A DNA stretch of 64,000 nucleotides from Minisyncoccota bacterium (GTDB lineage Bacteria > Patescibacteriota > Minisyncoccia > UBA6257 > XYB1-36-10). The stretch is taken from the NCBI GenBank assembly GCA_041651415.1, contig JBAZJH010000001.1, positions 151,713-215,712 of the forward strand, read 5' to 3'. Below, in pieces: positions 45,396-55,488 of the stretch. Position 1 is the stretch's first letter, and each line of letters begins with the position of its first letter. The notes beneath the pieces are model-generated. The model did not search any database. It had not been told where the DNA came from and saw only the letters and a list, made by a program, of their open reading frames with translations. Position numbers and translations under genes: made by a program.

Positions 45396-45704
45396 ATGTT
45401 AGAAGTATTAGAAGAGAGAAGAAGAAGCTTAAAAAATTATTTTTCAGAGGTTTTTCTAGTGAGAGAGGGGGATCGCGTTGTTTTTCAAAGAGGAATATCA
45501 ATTGATGGTTTTAAAATTCCTGAAGGGACAGAGGCGCAAGTGATTCAAGATACATTACGTCTCTGCCATGAGCCGATGGTGGAAGGGACGGAATTAAAGC
45601 CAGCTGTTCTTGTCTATATTTCAAAAATAACAACAGAAAGGAACTTTTTTGTTCCGCTCGATGCTTTGGCTCCTGCTCCGGTGGAAGAAAAGAAAGGAGA
45701 ATGA
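45396..45704 (+). CDS. Hypothetical protein (ORFan cassette)
   Basis: GAAGGAG SD; coupled with next ORF. Confidence 0.7.
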   Translation: MLEVLEERRRSLKNYFSEVFLVREGDRVVFQRGISIDGFKIPEGTEAQVIQDTLRLCHEPMVEGTELKPAVLVYISKITTERNFFVPLDALAPAPVEEKKGE

Positions 45705-46009
45705 AGATGGGAGATACGACATTAAAAGAAGCTGGATTTAAGTCTTCTCTTAAATCTCTCGAAGTTGGAGATAGATTGAGATTAAGAGAGGGTTGTTCTG
45801 TAATAACAGAAATTGGACGAAAAATCCGATTATCTCATGGAGAAGTATTGAAAGTGACGGATGATTCTCCAAAATTCTGTTATGATTCAGATCACAAAAC
45901 TGATGATAATATTTATATTGGGATAAGAGTTTCTCAAGACAAAGATGAAACTCTAGTTTCTTTTGTTGTTCCGATGAACAAATGTGAAATTATCAAACAG
46001 CGGGTTTAA
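45701..46009 (+). CDS. Hypothetical protein, possible paralog of the preceding gene
   Basis: AAAGGAG SD; both share a V..GDR...G....G....V..D....C...FVP layout; terminator AGCGGGTT/AACCCGCT + T run. Confidence 0.7.
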   Translation: MKMGDTTLKEAGFKSSLKSLEVGDRLRLREGCSVITEIGRKIRLSHGEVLKVTDDSPKFCYDSDHKTDDNIYIGIRVSQDKDETLVSFVVPMNKCEIIKQRV

Positions 46010-46020
46010 CCCGCTTTTTT

Positions 46021-46146
46021 TTATTAAATCTCCGCGAAAACCCCGCGCGTTAGCTAATGGGTTTGAAGCGGTAAAGATTTAATAAACCCCGACTTTGGTC
46101 GGGGTGAAACTCAAGACGCCACGGCCTTACGGCCGTGGAGTTTCAT
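46021..46146 (+). mobile_element. Non-autonomous IS200/IS605-end element (copy E3, most intact)
   Basis: TTAT|TAAATCTCCGCG...GCGGTAAAGATTTAATAAA-CCCCGAC..GTCGGGG-TGAAACTC...CCACGGCC..GGCCGTGG-AGTTTCAT. Confidence 0.88.
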
Positions 46147-46186
46147 TGATAAATTGCAAAGTTTTATGTAAGATTGTCTTGTAAAT

Positions 46187-46260
46187 TCGGGGATCGTCTA
46201 GTGGTAGGACGCCGCGCTCTGGACGCGGAAACTGGGGTTCGAATCCCTGTCCCCGAGCCA
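46187..46260 (+). tRNA. tRNA-Gln(CTG)
   Basis: TCGGGGA/TCCCCGA acceptor; CCGCG-CT-CTG-GA-CGCGG; encoded CCA. Confidence 0.95.
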
Positions 46261-46427
46261 TTGCAAATCAAGACATCTAATTTTTTAGGATTTCACTCTT
46301 ACTTCACAAACAATAAATTTCTCTTAATTAATAGAACTATTTTAAATTTTATGCCCAAGCGGCGGCGACAATCGCAGCTTGGGTATTTTTTTATAAGATT
46401 TAAAACAAGTCGTGATATAATAAAAAG

Positions 46428-47933
46428 ATGCTCGGCTTGCCATTTTTATTTTCCGCCGCGCCGTTTGCCGTTTTTCTATATCTTCTGCTCTTCAGAAAAA
46501 AAAATTTGCTTTTTGTTTCGGAAATAACGCTTTTAATAGTAGCGGTTTTAGCCGTTTTTTATTGGCGGATAATTCCCAACTTGCTTTTAATTTCTTACGC
46601 CAAAGGATTTTTAATCGCCTTTGATATTTTTATAATAATCGTCGGGGCCATTTTCTTTTTGGAAATTTCCAAGAAGCTGAAAATTATAGACAACGTTTCT
46701 TATTATTTGGAATCGTTTTCTAAAGACTACCGGGTAAAAATAATAATTTTAGCCTGGTTTTTGGAAAACTTCCTGGAAGGGACGGCAGGGTTCGGCACGC
46801 CATCAACTGTGGTGGCGCCGATTTTAATCGGATTGGGGCTTAATCCGCTTCAAGCGGTTATTGTGGCGCTTCTTGGAAACAGCGCGTCAGTGGTTTTTGG
46901 AGCGGCAGGAGCGCCTATCAGAATCGGCTTTTCTGGAATAGAAGCGGCAGCGCGCGTTCCGGAAATTGCCGCTTTAATAAATTTCGCCGGACTGCTTGTT
47001 CCGGTTTTTATGCTTTTTATCATAACGGCGGGAAAGAAAGACCGAAAAGAGCATATTTTAGAAGCACTGCCGTTCGCGATTTTTTCGGGGCTGGCTTTTG
47101 TTGTTCCGTCATTTTTATCCGTTTCTCTGGGACAGGAGTTTCCTTCAATTATCGGAGCGGCGGCAGGAGCGATACTTGTCTTTTTTGCGGCGAAGCTGAA
47201 TATCTTTATGCCGAAGAAAATAAGAAAATTAGACGGTTCGGCAAAATTAAAGAAAACACTTTCGCCTTTTAAAACTTTTTCTCCTTATGCCATTTTAATA
47301 ATTCTTCTGGTTTTCGGAAAGTTTTTTCTTGGGACAAAAAGCTTCTTAATTTCTTTTTCAGGAATAAACCATAGCTTCAGTTTTTTCAATCCGGGATTCG
47401 CTTTTATCATAACCGGACTTCTATTTATTTTTTGGAGAATTAAAAAGAAGCCGGAAGAATCGGCGGAATTAGCGGTAAAAAATTCTTTAATAAGAGCAAT
47501 TGAACCGTTTCTTGTTATCGCTCTTATGTCAGCCATGGTTCAAATAATGATAAATTCGGGACAAAACTTTTCCGGAGTTCCTTCTTTTATCGCAATACTA
47601 GCAAAGAATTTTGAAACCGCGGCTTTGCCATTTTTCGCTCCTTTTGTCGGGGCTTTCGGCAGTTTTATAACCGGTAGCGCCACTATTTCAAATATAATGT
47701 TCGGAAAATTTTTGGAAACCGCCTCGAGTATTATAGGTTATGACATAGCAGTGATTTTATCTTTGGGACTGGTCGGAGGAGCGGCGGGAAATATGATTGC
47801 TCTTGCCGATATTATGACAGCGGAAGCTGTCGTCGGAATAAAAAACAAAGAAAGAGAAGTGATTAAGGGAGTTTTTATTCCTTGTTTTATCTATCTTGCG
47901 GTCGTCGGCATTATCGGAATTTTAGTCACTTAA
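46428..47933 (+). CDS. lctP: L-lactate permease family transporter
   Basis: FLEGTAGFGTP, NSASVVFGAAG.P, GSFITGSATISN, GGAAGNMI. Confidence 0.88.
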   Translation: MLGLPFLFSAAPFAVFLYLLLFRKKNLLFVSEITLLIVAVLAVFYWRIIPNLLLISYAKGFLIAFDIFIIIVGAIFFLEISKKLKIIDNVSYYLESFSKDYRVKIIILAWFLENFLEGTAGFGTPSTVVAPILIGLGLNPLQAVIVALLGNSASVVFGAAGAPIRIGFSGIEAAARVPEIAALINFAGLLVPVFMLFIITAGKKDRKEHILEALPFAIFSGLAFVVPSFLSVSLGQEFPSIIGAAAGAILVFFAAKLNIFMPKKIRKLDGSAKLKKTLSPFKTFSPYAILIILLVFGKFFLGTKSFLISFSGINHSFSFFNPGFAFIITGLLFIFWRIKKKPEESAELAVKNSLIRAIEPFLVIALMSAMVQIMINSGQNFSGVPSFIAILAKNFETAALPFFAPFVGAFGSFITGSATISNIMFGKFLETASSIIGYDIAVILSLGLVGGAAGNMIALADIMTAEAVVGIKNKEREVIKGVFIPCFIYLAVVGIIGILVT

Positions 47934-47990
47934 AAATTAAATTCTCTCGGGTGTGGATAATTTTTAAAAAAATGGTAATATAATTAAGAT

Positions 47991-49073
47991 ATGAAAAAGC
48001 TTTTAGTTTTTTTGTTTTTATTTTTCTTTTTTGGATTTTTCAGCGCGGCGGACGCGGAAGAAATTTTTTACCGAACACTAAAAAAAGGAATGACAGGAGA
48101 TGATGTAAAAACGCTGCAAGAAATTTTAGCGAAAGACCCGGCAGTTTATCCGGAAGGAATTATTTCAAGTTATTTTGGAGAAGCGACAGAAAGAGCTCTT
48201 GGAAAGTTTCAGGAAAAAGAGGGGATAGTAAATAAAGCGGAAGGGGAAGAAAATGGCTACGGCACGGCCGGACCAAGAACAAGAGAAACGCTGAAGAAAT
48301 ATTTACCAAGCGAAATCATTGAAGAAGCAAAAAGCGAAGAAAAAACAACAGCGGAAGAGAAAATAATAACGCCTCCAGTTCCTGTTCAAGAAGAAGCAAA
48401 ACCGGAAGAAGTCGCGGAAGAAACGCCAAAGCCCTTCTTGGTTGAAATTTCAGTAAGCAATAAAGGAGAATACAGAGCGTACATAGGAGTAAAAAGCGAA
48501 AGATTGGCAAAGATGGAAGTGGAGTATGGGGAAAGCGGAAGTTTTGACAAAATAAAACTTATCTCGAGAGACCTTATGTTTTCTTTGGGAGATTACCTTG
48601 ATAATCTTGAAATCGATAAAGTTTATTCCATAAGAGCCAAGGCAACCGATAAAAACGGAATTATTTCTTATTCGGAAGAAATGACTTTTTCTCTTACAAG
48701 TGAAAACGACCCGGCAATCATAACTTACGGGCCAGCGGCAACTGTAAGAAGCCTGCCGGATGTTTTTGTGGAAATAATATGGGAAACAAATTTGGAATGC
48801 GAGGGAACTGTTTATTACGGAAAAACGGCTGATTACGGAAAAACAGCCGCGGGAAAAAAGGAGGCAAACCATAGAATAATTTTAACGGGATTGGAACCGG
48901 GAGTTTGGTATTATAAAACAAGTTGTTTTATAGGCGGAAGAACGACGGAAAGCGGGAATGCGTCTTTTATCGTGCCGGAAACTTCTTCTTTAAAGCCGGA
49001 GAATAATTTCTCGGCTTCGGCATTTTCAGCGCTTTTTGAAGTCTTCAGTTCTATCTTCAGTATTTTCAAGTAG
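47991..49073 (+). CDS. Secreted protein with peptidoglycan-binding domain and FN3-like repeats
   Basis: LKKGMTGDDVKTLQ..L, YFGEATERALGKFQ, G..GPRTR; H.I.LTGLEPG..YY. Confidence 0.8.
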   Translation: MKKLLVFLFLFFFFGFFSAADAEEIFYRTLKKGMTGDDVKTLQEILAKDPAVYPEGIISSYFGEATERALGKFQEKEGIVNKAEGEENGYGTAGPRTRETLKKYLPSEIIEEAKSEEKTTAEEKIITPPVPVQEEAKPEEVAEETPKPFLVEISVSNKGEYRAYIGVKSERLAKMEVEYGESGSFDKIKLISRDLMFSLGDYLDNLEIDKVYSIRAKATDKNGIISYSEEMTFSLTSENDPAIITYGPAATVRSLPDVFVEIIWETNLECEGTVYYGKTADYGKTAAGKKEANHRIILTGLEPGVWYYKTSCFIGGRTTESGNASFIVPETSSLKPENNFSASAFSALFEVFSSIFSIFK

Positions 49074-49097
49074 GGAGACGGCTGATATAATAAACTA

Positions 49098-49625
49098 GTG
49101 GTAAAAAATATGACCTTGGCGCTGTCTTTTTTGACGGCAATCGGACAGATTTTTTTGGTTGTTTCAGTTTTATATTTTTTAATCAAAAAGAATCAGCCGG
49201 AGATTTTTAAAAAAAACGCTTTGCGGTTTTCTTTTTTAGTTTCGTTAATCGCAACACTTGGAAGCTTATTTTATTCGGAAGTTGCCGGATATGAACCGTG
49301 CGTTTTATGCTGGTATCAAAGAATTTTAATATATCCGGAAGTTATTATTTTTCTTTTGGCTTTAATAAAAAAGGAAGGGAAAAGAATCGCCGATTATGCC
49401 ATAACGCTTTCTGCGTTCGGAGCAGTAATTGCGGCTTTTAATTATTATCTGCAAGTGAAAGGCGCGGGAAGTTTTGCTTGTTCGACCGTTGGTTATTCAG
49501 CGGATTGTTCGGAAACTTTCTTTATGACTTTTGGGTATATAACTATTCCTTTAATGGCTTTAACGGCGTTTCTATTGATTATCATTTCCATGTTCGCTTT
49601 GAAACTGAAAGAAAAACAATTTTAA
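49098..49625 (+). CDS. Disulfide bond formation protein DsbB/BdbC
   Basis: GSLFYSE, PCVLCWYQRI, second Cys pair, TIP. Confidence 0.92.
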   Translation: MVKNMTLALSFLTAIGQIFLVVSVLYFLIKKNQPEIFKKNALRFSFLVSLIATLGSLFYSEVAGYEPCVLCWYQRILIYPEVIIFLLALIKKEGKRIADYAITLSAFGAVIAAFNYYLQVKGAGSFACSTVGYSADCSETFFMTFGYITIPLMALTAFLLIIISMFALKLKEKQF

Positions 49626-49695
49626 AGGAGTTTGACTTGAGCAGTTGAGCAAGTATAATTACGGGGCTTATTTAAAATTATTTATAATTAAAAAA

Positions 49696-49950
49696 ATGAA
49701 AAAAATAAAAATTTATTCAACTCCTTCCTGTCCTTATTGCAATTTAGCCAAAGATTATTTCAAAGATAATAAGTTGGAATATGAGGAAATTAATGTGATG
49801 GAAGACCAAAAGGCGGCGGAAGAGATGGTAGAGAAAACAGGACAGATGGGAGTGCCAGTTATTATAATAAACGACGAGGACAGAAACAATGAAGAAATAA
49901 TTATCGGATTTGATAGAGGGAGAATAGCGGAGGTTTTGGGAAAAAAATAG
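49696..49950 (+). CDS. Glutaredoxin / NrdH-redoxin (YruB-like)
   Basis: IYSTPSCPYC, GQMGVPVI, IGFD. Confidence 0.93.
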   Translation: MKKIKIYSTPSCPYCNLAKDYFKDNKLEYEEINVMEDQKAAEEMVEKTGQMGVPVIIINDEDRNNEEIIIGFDRGRIAEVLGKK

Positions 49951-50227
49951 GGGGGAAAAAGTTAATTTTAAGTAGTGTATAAAAGAAGGGTTTGCGACAA
50001 ATCTTCGAAAAAAGGGATAATCGCCAAAATTTTCTCAGAATTGTCGCAAATCCTTCTAACTTTTTATAGGGAGAGGAGAGTGATAGTAATGTAATTGCCT
50101 ACTCCGAAATAAAGTCGGAGTTTAACGGCAACATTATAAAAATAGATTAAGTGTGTTTGACTTATTGATAACTTTAGTGTAAAGTGTAAAAAGAACTTAA
50201 ATCCAATACAACAAAAGGAGAAAAGAA

Positions 50228-50446
50228 ATGATTAGTGCCCCTTATACTTTTAAGAGAATTAAGCCTTCCTTTGATTCTTTAAAAGAGTACGAGCCAGAGT
50301 TTCACTTGAATTCCTGTCAGGAAGTAAAAAAAGCAGAAGAAGAGGGGAAACTAGTAACTGATTTATATATTAGCTCAATGGCGGATGTTACTACTCTGGC
50401 AGACTCAATTGATTGCAAAGATTGCAGGAGAGAATTGGAAAAATAG
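50228..50446 (+). CDS. Small hypothetical protein (ORFan cassette)
   Basis: H..C...CxxC possible Zn ligands; AAAAGGAG SD; TTGACT-17-TAAAGT; terminator 50454-50479. Confidence 0.7.
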   Translation: MISAPYTFKRIKPSFDSLKEYEPEFHLNSCQEVKKAEEEGKLVTDLYISSMADVTTLADSIDCKDCRRELEK

Positions 50447-50482
50447 TTTTCCTAAAGACCGGTTTAAACCGGTCTTTTTAAA

Positions 50483-51592
50483 TTAAGATTTAGTAAATTC
50501 CACAAGAGCAACCTCAAAAGGAATAAAAGCAAAAGGGCTGTAGCGCATTTCACGATGGGCGGAAATGAGAAGCTTAAGAAGCTTGATGTGGCTTTCAATG
50601 GAAGAAAGTTCAGAGAGTTTTTTCATTTTTTCCAGTTCGTTTTCAGAAAAAATATTTCGAAAAGCGGATTCCATTTTAGGATTGGCTTTTAAGGAAAGAA
50701 CTTTTCCTAGGTAATTTATAAAGTCCTTATTAAACTGGACGATATCGCAGTTTTCGTTTTTTAAAGTTTCCGCAAATTCAAGCGCCTGTTCGATGTCTTT
50801 TTCCAAAAGGAAGCGGGCGAGATAATTCATTTTTTCCAAGCTTACTTTGCCGACAACGCTTTCCGCTTTCTCTAAAGTTATAGTTTCGTTTTTCCCTAAG
50901 AAAGAAACAATTTGGTCAAACATGGTTTCCGCATCGCGCATGCTGCCTTCGGAAGCGCCGGCTAAAAGCTCAAAAACCGGCTCTTCCAGAGAAATATTTT
51001 CCGAGGAAGCGACAGCTTTTAATTTTCCGATAATCAAATTTTTAGGCAGTTTGGAAAAAAGGAATTTCTGGGCGCGGGAACGGATAGTTAAAGGAACTTT
51101 TTCAATCTCGGTAGTGGCTAAAATAAACAAGGCATGGCTTGGAGGCTCTTCAATAGTCTTTAAAAGAGCGTTCCAAGCGGAAGGAGTGAGCATATGGACT
51201 TCGTCAATAATAAAAGTTTTATAACGGAAAGAAGACGGGGAAAGACGAACGCTTTCCTGAAGATTTCTGATTTCATCAATGCCGCGATTTGAGGCGGCAT
51301 CAATTTCGGTTAAATCAATGGCATTGCCGGCGTCAATTGAAAGACAAGCGGGGCAAGAGTTGCAAGGTTCGCCGGTTTTTCTAAAAAGTTCATCTTTAAG
51401 TCTGGTTTCACAATTGGCGATTTTAGCCAAAATGCGAGCAGTGGAAGTTTTGCCGCTGCCTCGTTCGCCGTAAAAAAGATAAGCATGGCTTAGACGATTT
51501 AAAATAGCGGCGTTTCTTAAAATTTCCACATTGATATCCTGGCCGATAAGGTCGGAGAGTTTTTTAGGGCGATATTTGCGATAAAAGGCCAT
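50483..51592 (-). CDS. dnaX: DNA polymerase III subunit gamma/tau (short)
   Basis: YRKYRP, GERGSGKTS, EIDAASNRGIDEIR, IIDEVHML, LLKTIEEPP. Confidence 0.96.
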   Translation of the reverse strand: MAFYRKYRPKKLSDLIGQDINVEILRNAAILNRLSHAYLFYGERGSGKTSTARILAKIANCETRLKDELFRKTGEPCNSCPACLSIDAGNAIDLTEIDAASNRGIDEIRNLQESVRLSPSSFRYKTFIIDEVHMLTPSAWNALLKTIEEPPSHALFILATTEIEKVPLTIRSRAQKFLFSKLPKNLIIGKLKAVASSENISLEEPVFELLAGASEGSMRDAETMFDQIVSFLGKNETITLEKAESVVGKVSLEKMNYLARFLLEKDIEQALEFAETLKNENCDIVQFNKDFINYLGKVLSLKANPKMESAFRNIFSENELEKMKKLSELSSIESHIKLLKLLISAHREMRYSPFAFIPFEVALVEFTKS

Positions 51593-51750
51593 AAAATAAT
51601 TAAAAGTTGTAAAGTTTAGAGGAAAAAGATAGGTAAATATAAAAAGTTTTCTTTTTTGATATTGTAGCTTAAAAAAAAGGTTTTTCAAATACGGCTTTTG
51701 TTTGAAGAAACAAAAAAAGATAGTATAATTACGCCAAAAGATAAAGGAAA

Positions 51751-52983
51751 ATGACCAGCAGATTTTTGGCTTTCGGATTTTTAACGCTCATGGCCGGAGC
51801 TTTTTTTGTTTTTGGAGGAAAAACAATCGATATAGACCCGAATGAAGAAAAAAACATAGGAGCGGAACTTGAGGCAATAAAAGAAGAAAGACCGGATGGG
51901 GATATTGAGAATCAAAAGCCGCTTGCCAGTGTTCCGGAAGATATCAAAGCTTTATACGCGACAAGTTATGCCGCCGGAACACCGTCTTTAATGGATGAAA
52001 TAATCAAAACGGCAGAGAAGACAGAAATAAACGCGATTGTGATAGATTTAAAAGATTATTCCGGATATCTTGGATATAACACCGATTTGGAAAAGCCGAA
52101 AGAATATCTGGCGGTGGAACTTAGAATAAAATATTTGAATAAATTAATAAAAGAGCTGCACGATAAAAATATTTATCTGATTGCGAGAATAGCGGTGTTT
52201 CAAGACCCGAGACTCGCAAAGGCCCGGCCGGATTTGGCGGTAAAAAATAAAGAGGGAGAGGTTTGGAAAGACAGAAAAGGACTCACTTGGGTTGACCCGA
52301 ATTCCAAAGAAGCTTGGGATTATAACGCATCCATTGCGGAAGAAGCTTTTAACCGCGGATTTGACGAAGTGAATTTCGATTACATCAGATTTCCTTCGGA
52401 CGGAAACGGCGTCAGCGGGCTCGTTTATCCTTTTTGGAATAAAAACGAAGAAGAAAAGCGGACAGTGATGAAAAATTTTTTCAGATTTTTGAAAGAAAAA
52501 TTTCCGGAACGTCCGATATCCGGAGATGTTTTCGGACAAACAACGGTGGATAAAGAAGATTTAGGCATCGGGCAGGTTTTGGAAGACGCTTACGATTATT
52601 TTGATTATGTGGCGCCGATGATTTATCCATCTCATTTTGAAAACGGATTTATCGGTTATAAAAATCCGGCGGAATATCCGGAGGAAGTGATAAAATATTC
52701 GCTTCAAGAAGCGGTGAAAAGAATCGAGGAGCACGAACTTTTAAGGCAAAGAGACGCCAGAAATTCAACTACGACGCCGGAAATGCTTTTAGACGAGGAA
52801 AAGAAAGTGGTCCGAAAAAAAATAAGGCCATGGTTGCAGGATTTTGATTTAGGCGCCGTTTACACGCCGGAGATGATTAGAAAAGAAATAACAGGCGTAA
52901 AGGAAGCGGGACTTATTGATTCTTGGATGATTTGGAATCCGAAAAATGTTTATAAAAAAGAAACTTTTTTGAGTGAGAATTAG
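51751..52983 (+). CDS. Putative glycoside hydrolase (DUF4015-like)
   Basis: NAIVIDLKD, IARIAVFQD, GFDEVNFDYIRFP, PMIYPSH, RPWLQDF. Confidence 0.85.
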   Translation: MTSRFLAFGFLTLMAGAFFVFGGKTIDIDPNEEKNIGAELEAIKEERPDGDIENQKPLASVPEDIKALYATSYAAGTPSLMDEIIKTAEKTEINAIVIDLKDYSGYLGYNTDLEKPKEYLAVELRIKYLNKLIKELHDKNIYLIARIAVFQDPRLAKARPDLAVKNKEGEVWKDRKGLTWVDPNSKEAWDYNASIAEEAFNRGFDEVNFDYIRFPSDGNGVSGLVYPFWNKNEEEKRTVMKNFFRFLKEKFPERPISGDVFGQTTVDKEDLGIGQVLEDAYDYFDYVAPMIYPSHFENGFIGYKNPAEYPEEVIKYSLQEAVKRIEEHELLRQRDARNSTTTPEMLLDEEKKVVRKKIRPWLQDFDLGAVYTPEMIRKEITGVKEAGLIDSWMIWNPKNVYKKETFLSEN

Positions 52984-53022
52984 GGCTTTTGTTTTTTAAA
53001 AAAATCGGTATAATAATGGGAA

Positions 53023-53057
53023 ATTAAATAGATTCCAGTTCAAGCCTGGAATGACAA
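53023..53057 (+). repeat. REP/RPE-like GATTCC..GGAATGAC repeat (second copy 58225-58258)
   Basis: ATTAAATAGATTCC-N-GGAATGACAA in both places, each just upstream of a start codon. Confidence 0.7.
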
Positions 53058-53061
53058 AAAA

Positions 53062-53703
53062 ATGATTAAAAAAATAGCAGTTTTCGTTGTAACTTTTGCG
53101 TTTCTCGGAGGCGCAATCTGGTTTGTTAATAACAATCCGGACATTATATTTAAAAACACCAAAATGAAGGAAAGAATCGTTAAAAATTTAAGTTTTGAGA
53201 AAGAGCCGGAGATGAAAATAGACGCCGCCAAAAAATACACGGCGGAAATGGAAACTTCGGAAGGAACGATGAAGTTTGAGCTTTTTGCAAGCGAGACGCC
53301 GAAAACAGTAAACAGTTTTGTATTTCTCGCGAGGGAAGGATTTTATGAAAATACTTTTTTTCACAGGATAATTAAAGGATTTATGATCCAAGGCGGAGAC
53401 CCGAAAGGGGACGGGACAGGAGGGCCGGGATATTCTTTTTCCGATGAACCGGTAAAAAGAGATTATGAAAAAGGAGTAATTGCTATGGCTAACGCCGGAG
53501 CCAACACAAACGGAAGCCAGTTTTTTATAATGGACGAAAAAGTAAGTTTGCAGAAAGATTACACGATATTCGGAAAATTAATCGAAGGGGAAGATGTTTT
53601 AGATAAAATTGCCGAAACGCCGGTTATTGATAATGGATTCGGAGAAGTTTCCAAGCCAACCAAGAAAGTTTATGTTGAGAGCGTTAAAATAATTGAAGAA
53701 TAA
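53062..53703 (+). CDS. Cyclophilin-type peptidyl-prolyl isomerase
   Basis: FHRIIKGFMIQGGDP.GDGTGGPGY, AMANAG.NTNGSQFFI. Confidence 0.96.
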   Translation: MIKKIAVFVVTFAFLGGAIWFVNNNPDIIFKNTKMKERIVKNLSFEKEPEMKIDAAKKYTAEMETSEGTMKFELFASETPKTVNSFVFLAREGFYENTFFHRIIKGFMIQGGDPKGDGTGGPGYSFSDEPVKRDYEKGVIAMANAGANTNGSQFFIMDEKVSLQKDYTIFGKLIEGEDVLDKIAETPVIDNGFGEVSKPTKKVYVESVKIIEE

Positions 53704-53780
53704 AATAATAACTTGACTTTTTTGTAGATTTAGTTTATACTTTTACAAGAAGTAAAAATAAAACAAAGGAGGGCAAAATA

Positions 53781-54017
53781 GTGCTTGAACAATCTATAAA
53801 GTATCAGAGAATAAAAGTTGTGGCTGGATCGGCTGTCGGTGTTGTCGAAAATCCAGACAACCCCATAAAAATAAGTTCTTCATCTGTTGTGGAAGACCAG
53901 GATTTAAATAATCATCTTAACAGAGGGTGGGAACTGATTCAGATTATTACACACCATTCTGCTAAACATGATTGCACAGCCACAGCTTTTGTTATTGGCT
54001 TTCCTATTCGTAAATGA
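53781..54017 (+). CDS. Small hypothetical protein (DUF4177-like; ORFan cassette)
   Basis: LNNHLNRGWELIQI; AAAGGAGGG SD; TTGACT-17-TATACT. Confidence 0.7.
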   Translation: MLEQSIKYQRIKVVAGSAVGVVENPDNPIKISSSSVVEDQDLNNHLNRGWELIQIITHHSAKHDCTATAFVIGFPIRK

Positions 54018-54154
54018 TTCCCGGTTTACGAAGATTATTGATAGCAGGGATAGCTTAAAAGATTTTTGCGTCAGAATCTTTTAAGTGACCAATATGGCGC
54101 GCTCCCTCTCAAAGCTTTTAAAGCAATGAGGGGGATTTTTATTTTAAAACAATA

Positions 54155-54280
54155 AGGAAACTCCACGGCCGCAAGGCCGTGGAGTTTCCAAGTTTCACCC
54201 CGCCTATGGCGGGGTTTATTAAATCTTTGCCGCTTCAACCCCCGCGCGTTAGCGCGGGGGTTTCGCGGAGATTTAATAAA
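54155..54280 (-). mobile_element. Non-autonomous IS200/IS605-end element (copy E4)
   Basis: GAAACTCCACGGCC..GGCCGTGG + CCCCGCC..GGCGGGG + TTTATTAAATCT...AGATTTAATAAA. Confidence 0.88.
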
Positions 54281-54299
54281 AAAGGTATAATAAGGCGTA

Positions 54300-54641
54300 A
54301 TGTTTGCCTCAAAACCGAAAGATGACGGAAGATATATGTGGACAAACCATATAGCTTTAAAAATGGCGCATTATCGGATTTCGCCGAGTTTAGTGAAAAG
54401 AATCGTCAGATTTCCGGAAAGAGTGGAGGAGGGAATAGCAGAAGACACGGTGGCGGCGATGAAACAAACAGATTCCAAGAAACGGGAAGAAATTTGGACG
54501 ATGTATCAGCTTTTTAAAGGAGAAACCGGCAGAGCGAAACCAAAAATAAAATTGATAACCGCCTGGCGATATCCGGGAAAAAGTCCGAAAAGAGACCCGA
54601 TTCCCAAAGAAATTATGGATGAGGTGAGAAATATATTATAA
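54300..54641 (+). CDS. Hypothetical protein (DUF4258/RelE-like fold possible)
   Basis: WTNH...KM, P.R.EEGI, EIWTMY, KLITAWRYPG. Confidence 0.75.
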   Translation: MFASKPKDDGRYMWTNHIALKMAHYRISPSLVKRIVRFPERVEEGIAEDTVAAMKQTDSKKREEIWTMYQLFKGETGRAKPKIKLITAWRYPGKSPKRDPIPKEIMDEVRNIL

Positions 54642-54775
54642 GTTAAAAGTTTTTAAAGTTTATAAAGCAAAATACTTAAAAAAGAAAAATTGGCTATTCC
54701 GACACAAGGTCGGAACAATTAAAAAAATGATATCTCCGACCAAAGTCGGAGCGCCAAGCGAAATTTATAAAAAAC

Positions 54776-55486
54776 ATGTACGAGGTAAAGACAAATAATT
54801 TTTCCGGGGCGATGGAAAAGCTTCTGGAACTTATCGAGGAGAAGAAAATGGATATAACGACCGTTAATTTGTCGGAAGTAACCGGAGATTTTTTGGCGCA
54901 TCTCTCCAGATTAAAAAAATTGGAAGACGGCGGAGAAAACATTGAACGGCTGATAGCGGATTTTATCGTGGTGGCGGCCAGACTGATTCTCTTAAAATCA
55001 AAGACACTTTTGCCGGAATTAAAGTTTTCCGAAGAAGATGAGGCGGAAGTAAAAGATTTTGAGCTCCGATTAAAAATTTATAAAGAAATGCGGGAGGCCT
55101 CAAAACTTTTTTTAGGTTTATGGCAAAGAAAAGAAAGAGGATTCGCCCGCGAACTTTTTTTGGACCGGCCGGCAATTTTTCATCCTTCAGGACAATTAAA
55201 AAAAGAAGAATTGTTTTCTATCCTTAAACAAGTGGTAGAAGGCATAAAAAGCGAGATAAAAGAAGAAAAACAGGAAAGAAAAAAGATGGTGACGGTGGAA
55301 GAAAAAATGACGGAAATGCTTTTAAAGGTAAAAGAAGGATTGGTGTCTTTTTTGAAAATCTCAAAAGGCAGGGGAAAGAGCGAAGTAGTAGCGCTATTTC
55401 TGGCAATTTTGCATTTAATCAGAGACCATCTTATTACGGCGGAACAGGAAGATAATTTTTCAGATGTTATAATAAAAAAGAGTTAA
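54776..55486 (+). CDS. scpA: Segregation and condensation protein A
   Basis: FSGAMEKLLELIE, AARLILLKSKTLLP, FLAILHL. Confidence 0.92.
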   Translation: MYEVKTNNFSGAMEKLLELIEEKKMDITTVNLSEVTGDFLAHLSRLKKLEDGGENIERLIADFIVVAARLILLKSKTLLPELKFSEEDEAEVKDFELRLKIYKEMREASKLFLGLWQRKERGFARELFLDRPAIFHPSGQLKKEELFSILKQVVEGIKSEIKEEKQERKKMVTVEEKMTEMLLKVKEGLVSFLKISKGRGKSEVVALFLAILHLIRDHLITAEQEDNFSDVIIKKS

Positions 55487-55488
55487 AT

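Noticed and set aside
46174-46527. 117-aa ORF from the ORF track
   Set aside because: Runs through tRNA-Gln and into lctP in another frame; no protein-like signal
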